Positions 48,975-60,035 of a stretch of DNA of 64,000 nucleotides are shown one piece after another. Origin of the DNA: Gekko japonicus (lineage: Eukaryota); assembly GCF_001447785.1 (NCBI RefSeq), contig NW_015163136.1, forward strand, positions 238,111 through 302,110. The letters are read 5' to 3'. Position numbers and translations under genes: made by a program. The notes below the pieces were generated by a model that had not been told where the DNA came from, did not search any database, and saw only the letters and a program-made list of their open reading frames with translations. How positions within the stretch are numbered: position 1 is the first letter of the stretch; every line of letters starts with the position of its first letter.

Positions 48975-51900
48975 AAAACAAAGAGTTTCTTTGTGAACTG
49001 ATTGCCGGTTGCCAATCTTCTGTTATTGTGGATCTGTATCTCTGAGCAGTCCTGGATTATCTACCTGCACAAGATGGGATTTCTCTTTAAAATCCCTTGG
49101 TGCCAACCTGTGCTGTTATGCAGTGGGTTGTACAAACTGTTGTTTTGAATAATGTTTTTAATAGGGTAGGGTAGGGGACACTTCAGTCCCTTTCAGTGGG
49201 ATTTATGCGGTTATAAACCATGAACTGATTCAGTTCATGAATGACCCTCCTAGTTTGTTTTGTGGTTTGGCTTGTGGCTTAGTCACAAACCACAAATTGA
49301 TATGAACTGAATTTTTCTGGTCTCTGTCCATCCCTACTCAAAACTCTCTCAGCCCCACCTACCTCACAAGGTGACTGTTGTGCGGAGAGGAAGGGAAGGG
49401 GACTATGAGCCACTTGGAGACTTCTTAGGGTAGAGAAAAGCAGGGTATAAAAACAAACTCTTCTTCTTCTGGAGCCAGAACTCAAATTTTTCAAATTAAA
49501 TACTATTGCTGTTTGGTCTCTTTAAAGGGTTTGCATTGTCCCCCCCCCCCAGTTGCCCTTTGTCCAAGGTAGCAATAGGAAACTACAGTCAGTTTGCTTG
49601 CTGGAACTAATGGCATTTAGTTGGAGATTTATGTTTCAGATGCCTGACAAGCAAAATACTAGCTCACTTTCCACCTACGAGTAATGAGACAATGTCTTAC
49701 CCTCAAGCAATTTCCTAATGACTATAATTTTTTCTACATAAAAGCACTGTCACTTTACATAAAGTGACAGCAGCATCGTAGAAAAAATGTGTAAAATAAC
49801 TATGCTTTAACTCCTTTGACACCATTTCTTTAAAAGGAATAAAGATATCTAAACAGCAAGCCTGAAGCCACCTAAATGATGCCTAAAAATGATGAAAGAA
49901 ACATTTTCACAATAAAATCAAGCCATATCATGAAGATTTTTATTTTAGATTCCTTTTTGTCTTGAAAAGAAAATGAAATAATAGTCCAAATGGTGGTCTG
50001 TACTCATTACTCTTGATATCTTGTCTGTTATAGGTGTGGGGTTAGTGTATGCCCTTTGTTATGTCAAAGGTCTAAATAATAATGTTTACCAAAGGGATAT
50101 GACATTTTAGCAAAGACATTTTTGTAGCCTTGTATTCCACCACAGGTTCCAAATGATCAAGGAATATGGATTCAGAGAAGCTATCTGCTGTTTCTATTTG
50201 AATGAAAAGCTATTTTAATGCTACAAACTAATTGCTAACTATAGACTACAATATACAATTTTCTTTTTAAAATTCATAATATAAAACATTAGAAATATTT
50301 AAACTGGATTAAGTTCAATTGTAATCTATTCCCACTTCTCCAACTCTGAAGTCCTAAACTTTGAAATGATGAACAGCCCTACATTCGGGTGAGTATCAAA
50401 AGGAAGAGAGCTATCTAGGTGTGATGCCTTCAGCAAAAATCTGGTACCACTCTTTCTATCTGAAGAGAGGATATGAGTGACCTTGTTAAAGATGATCCAT
50501 CCTCTTAATTTAAATATGGTAAAGGTTATATGAAAATATTTACTTGTTTACGTATTTTAGCTAAGATCTAGTTTGTGAAATCAGGCTTCACTTACATGCA
50601 AGAGGCCTTGAACCCAGACACAGCCATAAGACACTCCCATGATTATGATCTGGTAACAACAGTTACCAGAATAAGCATGCTGATATCCATATATAGGCTA
50701 GTTCACACAGATGTCTCCCCACACAATTATAAAACAGTTACTATTTATCTATAAAGGAAGCATGCTTTATGAAACTTAGGGGGGTGAGGGTCTCCTGCTG
50801 CCAAGACCCACGCAAAAAGGGAGAAACACTGGAAATTAAAGTGATGTGCCTAGATGATCCAGAAGTACTGTAGGCATGTCAGTGATGTTGGGGACGATGC
50901 TCTGATTTTGGGGCAAAAACTCTATGGTAGAATTTGCCCAAAAACCAGAGCATCACCTTTCGACTTGTAGGTCAGGCAGGGGCATTACTGAAATGCCAGG
51001 CATTCCTCCCTGCTATTGTGAAGTGTGCCTCCACCCCTGCCAGCTGCTCAGAGGGACCTGGCAACACTATATGAAACAACCCTCACTAGAATACAAATTT
51101 TCTGTCCAGAAAATTCATAAAGGAGCATCCCCCACCAGCTAAACCAAATAACTGTCAGATAACTGAAAATGTTATTTCCTCTTGAAACTGACATTGAGCT
51201 ATCATCTACCCCCCACACACACACACACCTATATCAGGCAGAAGAAAATGCTGGAAGAAAGGTAAATTCTTGTCTTCCTTGACAAGAAACACCTTCAGAA
51301 CACAATAAAACAGTCTCTCCACATCTTGATGAAATGTGTGACGAGAGAAAGTGGGTATGGATGTGTTAGCCTTGCGCCCCACTCCCACATAGCCTTGCCA
51401 GGTCTCCCAAATGTTGCCTGCCTGCACCTGAAAGACTGGCAGGAGAGAATGGTGGCAAATTGGCATTGTGCGAGTGTGGAATGTAACATCCAGAAAAGGC
51501 TATAAGATTTATTTTATGACTAGCAGTAAAGCCCGTTGTGAAAGCAATAAAACGGGATCTAGAAAGAGGCTCTGGGGCAGTGCTCTGGCTTTGGGCAAAC
51601 AGTGTCAATTTGCTGTGGTGACCTCAGCAGGGTATAATGACAGAGTCCACTGTTTTCTCCAGAGGAACTGACCTCTGCTACCTGAAGAGCAGTTGTAATT
51701 GTGAGTAATCTGTAGCCCTCACCTGGAGATTGGCAACAATTGTTACCCAGGACAAAATGGCTGGTTTGGAGGGTGGAGTCTATGGCATTCTACCTGTCTG
51801 AGGTCCCACCCCTCTGCAAACCCCACTCTCTCCAGGCTCCACCCCTCAAATCCCCAGGAATTTGTCAGCATGTAGTTGGCAACCCCATCTCCTTCCCAGC

Positions 51901-52232
51901 TAGCCACCAACCTACCATTATCTGCCCCTTTGACTTCAGCTGACTTCTGCCCTCCCTACTGCAGAGCAGTTGTAATACTGAGTGCTCTCCAGCCCTCACC
52001 TGGAGATTGGCAACAATGGTTCCCTATGTGAGACTGACTGGTTTGGAGGGTGGAGTCTATGGCAGTGTACCTGTCTGAGGTCCCACCCCTCCTCAAACCT
52101 CACCCTCTTCAGGCTCCATCCCTCAAGTCTCCAGGAATTTCCCATCTGGAGTTGGCAACCCTATCAGGATTGGCCCCAATGTGTTTTCTCCCAAAGGCCA
52201 AAGTAGGTGACAGGACCAAGCTTAGTTGCCTA

Positions 52233-53162
52233 CCAACAGGCACTGAGGGGAATGTAGGGTTGCCAGCTCTAAGGAGGGAAATACCTGGAGGTTTGGGGGG
52301 TGGATTCTGTAGAGGGCCGGGCGACGGAGGCATCGGCCTTCTGTCGCCCGCCTTGCCCCCCCAATCTCGGCCCGGGCACCCGCGGCTCCCACCAGCGGCC
52401 GCCCGACTCCAGACTCCCCCGCGGCCACTCCAGCCAGGCGACGGAGGCATCGGCNNNNNNNNNNNNNNNNNNNNNNNNNNNNNNNNNNNNNNNNNNNNNN
52501 NNNNNNNNNNNNNNNNNNNNNNNNNNNNNNNNNNNNNNNNNNNNNNNNNNNNNNNNNNNNNNNNNNNNNNNNNNNNNNNNNNNNNNNNNNNNNNNNNNNN
52601 NNNNNNNNNNNNNNNNNNNNNNNNNNNNNNNNNNNNNNNNNNNNNNNNNNNNNNNNNNNNNNNNNNNNNNNNNNNNNNNNNNNNNNNNNNNNNNNNNNNN
52701 NNNNNNNNNNNNNNNNNNNNNNNNNNNNNNNNNNNNNNNNNNNNNNNNNNNNNNNNNNNNNNNNNNNNNNNNNNNNNNNNNNNNNNNNNNNNNNNNNNNN
52801 NNNNNNNNNNNNNNNNNNNNNNNNNNNNNNNNNNNNNNNNNNNNNNNNNNNNNNNNNNNNNNNNNNNNNNNNNNNNNCCACCCCCACCCACTCCAGGGCC
52901 GACATCCGGCCGCAGGGTCCGTTTCCCCCCACTCAACCCCACTCACTCCAGGGCCGGCGACTGGAGGTGCAAGCCTCCGGCTGCCGGGTCCGTTTCCACC
53001 CCCCCCACTCCAGGACCGGAGACAGGAGGCAGAAGCCTCCGGTCGCCCACTCCCTTCCCCTCCCCCACCACCCACTCCCAACAGGCACTGAGGGGAATGT
53101 AGGGTTGCCAGCTCTAAGGAGGGAAATACCTGGAGGTTTGGGGGGTGGATTCTGTAGAGGGC
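52233..53162. repeat. 85-bp identical direct repeats flanking GC-rich short repeats and a gap
   Basis: 52233-52317 equals 53078-53162; internal units GGCGACGGAGGCATCGGC (x2) and CACTCCAGG (x3). Confidence 0.75.
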
Positions 53163-55191
53163 AGCATTGGGCGGGGGGGGGGCGGAAGGACTCAGCAGGT
53201 ATAATGTCATAGGGTCTACCCTCCTAAAGCAGTCATTTTCTCTAGGGGAACTGATCTCTGTCATCTGGAGATCAATTGTAGCAGTGGGAGATCTCCAGGT
53301 CCCACCTGGAGATTGGCAACCCTAGGGGAAAGTCAGCTGCACAGCAGGGGGTTGAAGAGAATGGTTTGATGGCTGCTGGGCCAAGATTGGCAACAATAGT
53401 TCCCCAGGAGCCCCATCGTAAATGCACCAAACAATTCCTCAAGATTTTCCAAAACACTACTCTGTTTTGGGCTCCTGGGGAACTTTGAAGTAGCACCAAA
53501 GCTTTAAGATCTCTCCAGCTGTCACCTGGAGACTGGCAACAGCTTGTCTGGAGTGTGGGCAGCATGGCATTGTATCTGTCTGAGGTCCCCCTCTTCCTCC
53601 TCCTCCTCAGATCCCACCCTCAGCAGGCTTCATCCCTAAAATATCCTGGAAGTTTCCAACCTGGAGTTGGCAACCCTATGTCCTGGAGTTCGAACCTGGA
53701 GTTGGCAACCATCAGCCAACGTTTATCTGCCTGTCTGTCTTTACAACCCCCCCCACACACACACACACAGCCTCTGCCTAGGGAGCAGCTGACATCATTC
53801 TCCTCTCCCAACTGAAAATTCCAACTGTCTTGCGGGGGGGGTGAGTTTGAGGTGTGGAATGGAGTGTAGTCCAATCAGCTTCCATATGTAAATGACCTTG
53901 GAACGCTGGCCGGGACTGCACAAAGCAGCCAATGAACCCAGCCAGTGTCTTCCGAGTGGCAGTTTTTTCGGCCTAACACTAAAGGGGCCAATTTTAGAAT
54001 TCTGGCACCCAAAACTCTTTTATAATAAGGGAGAGATAAAGTTTTTGCAAATTGAAGTGCACCCCATGATGTTACTTCTGGAACAAACCAGCACAACACC
54101 AGTATGCCAGTCCCTACCCTCCAAATGCTCCCATGGGTTGCTGACTGCAGTCTCGCAACCATACCCTCACTTCTGTATGATCACTGGCTCATAAGCATGG
54201 CATCCGTATACAGAGGTGATGTCTACAAGTATGTTTCCTCCCCATGATCAGCAACATTCATAAAGCCATGCTGCTGATCATGAGTAGGGAGTATATATGT
54301 GGACACTGCCTCATGAGCTACCACTGGCATTTGCACAGATGCAAGGGGTGGGGCAAGCATGGTCCTGCCCACTCCCCCTCTCTATATGTTCAATCAACAT
54401 GTGGAGGGTTTCTTAGTGGGACTGCTGTGTGTAAAAATTCTGAATTACTGACTTCAANNNNNNNNNNNNNNNNNNNNNNNNNNNNNNNNNNNNNNNNNNN
54501 NNNNNNNNNNNNNNNNNNNNNNNNNNNNNNNNNNNNNNNNNNNNNNNNNNNNNNNNNNNNNNNNNNNNNNNNNNNNNNNNNNNNNNNNNNNNNNNCTCCC
54601 CCATACCTCTGTACACTCCCACTCCCACTACCAGATGGTGTATAGATTCAGAATCACATGTATACAGATATGCATGAGAACACACTGCTGGCAGCAGAAT
54701 GTCCTCCACTCAATATATTGTGTACATTCATATATGTGTGTCACTGGAAGAAGAAAGCTTTGAAAGTGCAGAGCAGGAAGTAACTATGCAAGTGGTAGTT
54801 GTTGGTGCTTGGTAATGAGTGCTGGTCCATGGTCTGTGAGTAGATAGACCAGGCTTCCTGCCCCCCACCCCCAGTCCCCCACTGCTTCTTGATTCAGCAG
54901 TGGGAGAAACTGAGGGAAGTGATATCACATGTGTCAGTTTGGTTGCATAAAACCAGAGAGTGGTGATGTGCAATGTAACTTCCTGTCCTACTTTCTGAAG
55001 CTCCCAGGAGTTACCAGCCCTTGGCTAGTAAGGGTGGGTGGCCAGATAGGTAGCAGTTGGCAAGTGCTAGTATTTTTGGCCACTGTATGACAGAGTGTGA
55101 CAGAGTGTTAGACTGGATGGGCCATTGACCTAATCCAACATTGGCTTCTCTTATGTTCTTAATGGCTACTAGGAACTTATCACTGCTACTT

Positions 55192-55500
55192 AGAATCATA
55201 GAATCATAAAGTTGGAAAGGACCTCCAGGGTCATCTAGTCCAACCCTCTGAACAATGCAGGAAATTCACAAATATCTCCCCCCACACCCCCAGTGATCAC
55301 TGTTCCACACCCAGAAGATGACAAAAAAACCTCCAGGATCTCCAGCCAAACTGGCCTGGAGAAAAATTGTTTCCTGACCCCAAAGTGGTGATCAGCATTT
55401 CCCTGGACGTGTAAGAAAGGGCCATAAAAATTAAGCACTGATGCAGCACTTCCTGCCCTCTCTCTCATGATCTGCCTAAATTCACAATCATCTTCCTTCT
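55192..55500 (-). mobile_element. CR1 LINE 3' end (second family)
   Basis: AGAATCATAGAATCAT tail plus GTTGGAAAGGACCTCCAGGGTCATCTAGTCCAACC (reverse complement of the CR1 terminus). Confidence 0.78.
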
Positions 55501-56584
55501 AGGAAACTTGCTCCTGGACTGCATTGTGCAGGAGGGTTCAACGGCACCATCTTGTCAAGTGTGTCTTGAACCCTGGACCCGAATCTGTACATAGTTTTCC
55601 CATTTCCATTTAATCCCATGAGGTGCATTAAACAGGGAGGATAACTGGCCCAAGGTGATCGACAAAGCATCATGACTAAGTAGGAGGTTTGAACCTGGGT
55701 CTTTCTGGTATACGGAATATATTTTAATGTTGAGAAACTGTCTGCAGCCACTCTAAATACCAAAATATTTTTAAAAAATGAAACATATTTTATATTATAC
55801 CACAAACAAGTAGAAAAATGATTCACTCCTGTCCCTATGTTTTCCTTTGATTTTATAGATGCATGTCAAATCACAAGTAAGGTGGAAGAACAGTGACAGA
55901 AAGGATTGTTATTTTGCCAGGAGCATACACACAGCAAGAAATGTGAGAGCAATTAAATTTCTGATCAGGATAGTATTTTATGTGCTGGTCTAAAAACTAT
56001 ATCAGCGGGAAATGTGTATGGCTGACATGGCAGTTTTATTTGGTGGTATTCAGCAGTGGTCTCCCATTCCAATAAAGGTGGCAGACACCAAATCCTTTTT
56101 TATAAGGGTGAGAGCAGAAAACAAAGAGAGACGTAAGAAAAATTTACAGCATTTCTCAGGCTGAAAAACTGAACTTGGAGATTCCAGAGGGAGTCCCTTT
56201 CAACTCTCATTCACTAAATAAAATATTTGAAAAAGTGACAGCCTCTCTACCTGTTTTCTGTAGGGATGAAGAAAAGGTTAATGCTGCATAGAACCCTCTT
56301 CTCTTCCTTACACATTGAGCAGGTAGGAATTTAATTTTATAAAGCATCTTTTATCACCAAAAACTTTGCAATGTGTTATTATATACCAAGGCCGTATTTT
56401 GATGGCTACCATTACATTCACTGTGTCAAGGCATCTGGTAGCAGTGAGAGCATCACTGCAAGACTCTGCACATAGCAGGGTATTTTTTTGTTCAAGTATT
56501 AATAAATGCATACTCTGCCAGAGGCTCATGCTCACCACCAGCATATATTAGGTCTAGAATTACTGTAGCTTACCATCTCACTTA

Positions 56585-57512
56585 GGGGGGTATGGTGGCT
56601 CAAGTGGTTAAGACGCTGAACTGCAGACTGGAAGGTTGGTAGTTCAGCAGTTTGAGACCTGAGTGCCACATGATGGGAAGCGCCTGCCTCTGGTCCCAGC
56701 TTCTGCCAATCTATCAGTTCAAAAGCAAGAAATTGCAAGTAGATAATGTCATGGGTGCTGAGGAAGGGCCATTGCCAGCTCCAGCAGAACCCACAGCTGG
56801 CCCCTCTGAAGCTGCAGATATCGGCAATTTGCTATCATCGCCCGCACTGGCACCTGGCTCAGAAACAGCTGATGAGGAGCAGCCACAGATGGGAAGCCCT
56901 CCCAACTCACCCCCGAGTGTTGCTTGCTTATGAGACCAACTCTGGCAGGACTTAGCAACAAGATGACGCATAGCTCATTTGCTGAGCAGACGGTTCATTA
57001 TTCCTGAGTTTTGACAGATGCTTGGCTGCTGGTGCCACTGCACTAATTGAAAACAGCAGCAGAGGACTATTTAGCTTCAGGCTCTAAGCTGGCTCCTTTG
57101 TGGAAGCAAACTCGTCAAACTCTGCGATGCCTTGTGTTTACTCCACCTCCTGTTTCTAGACTTTGTTCCTGCTCCTCTCCTCTGGCTTCTGACTCTGGCT
57201 TGAATGACCTCACTCCTGGTTTGTGATTTGGACTTTCACTCTCAGTTCCTGCTCCACTTCTTTTGGCTCAAGACCCCGGACTGAACTTGGACTTCCCTCT
57301 GTCTGCACCCCAGACCTTGACATATAAATAGGTACCACTTTGGTGGGAAGGTAACAGTGTTCTGTGCACCTCGGTGTCTAGTTATGCTGGCCACATGACC
57401 ATGGAAACCTCTTCGAACAGCGCTGGCTTTTCAGCTTGGAAATGGAGATGAGCACCACATCCCTAGAATTGGATTCAACTGGCTTTTGAGCACAGGAAAC
57501 CTTTACCTTTAC
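56585..57512 (+). mobile_element. Sauria SINE split by a solo LTR
   Basis: A box TGGCTCAAGTGG; core split at GCAAGTAGATAA|ATAGGTACC; ACCTTT tail; 14-bp TSD TACCATCTCACTTA (56571-56584, 57513-57526). Confidence 0.9.
56747..57322. mobile_element. Solo LTR (576 bp)
   Basis: TGTCA...TGACA termini; TSD GATAA/TATAA; cleanly interrupts a SINE. Confidence 0.82.
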
Positions 57513-57531
57513 TACCATCTCACTTAACCAG

Positions 57532-58201
57532 TGTCCCAGGTCCTCCCAGGACTCCTGGTGGGAGTGCTCAATATCCCCCTTTTCCCTCCAGTGCCTGCAG
57601 CAACAGTGACCGACCCTGAGGAACATACCTGAAGCCAAGAGAGACGAGGAGGATAGCCAACAAGTGCCGACATCATTGGGACCCCGAGACACAGAACCAA
57701 GACATCCAGGCAAAGGGACCATGAGAGGGACCACCACGAGTGGCAGTGGAGCAGCCGGAGCTGACCGGAGGGCCAAGTGCTGGCAGCTGACTACCAAGGG
57801 GTGGGGCCAGCGCTGGGTGGGTCAGCATCGGTTTATTTGAAGGAGGGCAGGGCTACAAGCGAGGGGTGGCACGGGGAACTAGGAAGGAAATAAAGGAGAG
57901 AAAGGAAAGAGGGCCAGGGAGGAACAAGAGAAGAGCTGTGAGAGTGAGTCAGAGAGAGATAGGAACGATACAACGGAATCTCTGAAGGGGCCAAGAGGGG
58001 TGGAGTAAACCCTTTGCAGTGTGCCCCTGGTCTGAGGCCAATCTTCCCTCTGAATCTCTGATGGCTTTCCCTGATTACCTCCTGCAGCACCCCTCTCTCT
58101 ATCTCGGAGAACGGACGTGGGGCTCAGAGAGACTCGGCGGCAACTCCTATATGCCACGGCTACCGGAGGGAGGCCCCCAGGGGGACAGAAGGCTCATGAC
58201 A
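57532..58201 (-). mobile_element. Solo LTR (670 bp)
   Basis: TGTC...GACA termini; perfect 5-bp TSD ACCAG (57527-57531, 58202-58206); AATAAA on the minus strand at ~57832. Confidence 0.82.
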
Positions 58202-59450
58202 ACCAGAAGCACAAATCACAATACATTCAACCCACATGTGAAGGCGTATGGTAGTGAACAAAATCACGGTTTGTCCTCACAAATATCTATGGTGGGGTCC
58301 AGGAATTAATGCTACAGGAAAGAGAGCTGAATATAGCTGCATTTTTCATGGAAAAAGAAGTTTCAGTTTACATCTGTGATGATACATTTCTGACATCATG
58401 TTTCTCTCAACAGCTAGACCAAATTCTGGCCTCTGTTGGAGAACAGCCACATCTCTCCTCAGAAACTCTCTTCAAAATCTTTCATTTCGAAATCGAGGAC
58501 ACTCTCATCCTCAGGAATTTTTCTCTTTTTAAGTAGCATCTGACACATCCCATGTGGAAAATTACGAGTCAGTTATAGAACATTTCTACAAGTTGATTAT
58601 TTACAGGAGGGTTCATATAATAAGGAAAAAGTCTTCTGTTCTCATCACTGATATCTCAATCAGCATCCTCCTAGCTAGGCAGGCTGAAAGCTAGTTAAAG
58701 AATCTGGTTAAACAGCGTTTTGTAAACGTGGTAAGACTGTTTTAGAGTAAGCTCTGAGCATTAACAGAACACAAAACAAACAGTTCTTTTCCAAGTTTGT
58801 CCATCATACAGTCATTATTTGTGAGATACGCTGACATTTCACCATAAAAACACTGAAGAATAAATGCAGTTATCTTACCCGGGTTAAACTTATACTAATT
58901 TCATGCTGAGTAAAATCATGGCTATCATAACTGGCAATTTATAGGAACATGCTCAGTACCGAGGCCAAGAACAAAATGTAATGTAAATATTTCCTGTTCC
59001 TCATCATGAACATAGACTTTGCTAACAGCATTTGTTGTTGTTTTTGTTGTTGTTATGGGGGGATTCAGAACTTATGTGATTTATATCATTTTCTATCCAA
59101 TCTTGTTTTAGCACCTATGTAGTTCCACATGACAATTATTGAGCTGTTCATACCATAGTGCACAATATGCCAAGTTATACACTATATTTGGTTTTAACCC
59201 ATTTAACTACAGCTGACGGGGACATCCACTTTCAGATGGGATGTCTAATTTCTGTTTCATGATAGATATTTATTATTGAGATAAATCTTAAAACTATGAA
59301 TAAACAGCAATAAACAAGAAAGGAAAGAAGAGAGAGGAAGTAAAGGGAAAGGTACTTCAGAATTCTTCTGAGTTTGGAAGAGTATTCGGGGGGGAGTGTT
59401 GACAGGTATAAGTCTTCAGTATGTGTGATCATGCCAATCTATTTGACAGG

Positions 59451-59767
59451 TGTCTGAGAGTCCAATGATCCAGAGCAAACCGGTTCTGACCGGAGCTAAG
59501 CTGAGCCATCTCACTGTGACTCAGCAGTAAGCTGATTGGCTGGTCAAGTGTATATTAGTGTATGTAGTCTGTACATTGTATTCCTTCTATTTGTATGAGC
59601 GTATTGTGGAGCACTTTGACAGAGAGAGCTGTATATATTGGAAATAAATCGCTGTTCATAGTTAACCACAAGAACTGTGTAAGTGTGGTTTTCTGCAGTG
59701 GGATCTTAGCAGGGTGCAATTTGGATCTTTGGCTGAAAGCTGACCCGGTTACATGGACTGCGCGACA
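59451..59767 (+). repeat. 5' LTR of the Copia element
   Basis: TGTC...GACA; TATA-like TATATTA; AATAAA at ~59643; PBS follows immediately. Left boundary not confirmed by a second LTR. Confidence 0.75.
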
Positions 59768-59768
59768 G

Positions 59769-59782
59769 GGTTATGGGCCCAG
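59769..59782 (+). promoter_or_regulatory. Primer-binding site, copia type (half initiator tRNA-Met)
   Basis: GGTTATGGGCCCAG one base after the LTR end; the same PBS sequence as Drosophila copia. Confidence 0.9.
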
Positions 59783-60035
59783 ACTGTGCCAAGCCCAGGG
59801 TTGAGCCTGAATCGAGCCTGAGTCCAGCAGGAGCACCCAGGTGCTAAGAGGTCTGTGAGCTGTGAAGCTGGGAGCCGAGAGTCTGTTGACTGCTGTTCTT
59901 TGTGGAGAGGAGAAAGACGACTAGCTCAGTAAAGCCCCTGACACCAGCACAGAAAAAGAAAGGAGTAAAAAAAATATCAGCTCGGGGGAGTTGACGGAGC
60001 CGGAGAGTGTCTGGTAGCTACAGAGAGTATCCAGC

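Noticed and set aside
46856-49135. Possible LTR surrounding the ORF1-only element
   Set aside because: Starts TGTTG and looks LTR-like, but I could not find a matching end with a TSD.
52050-53264. Long ORFs of 236-350 aa in the track
   Set aside because: They are long only because they read through N gaps. The same applies to ORFs across 33531-33750 and 54458-54595 and to most across 4448-4655.
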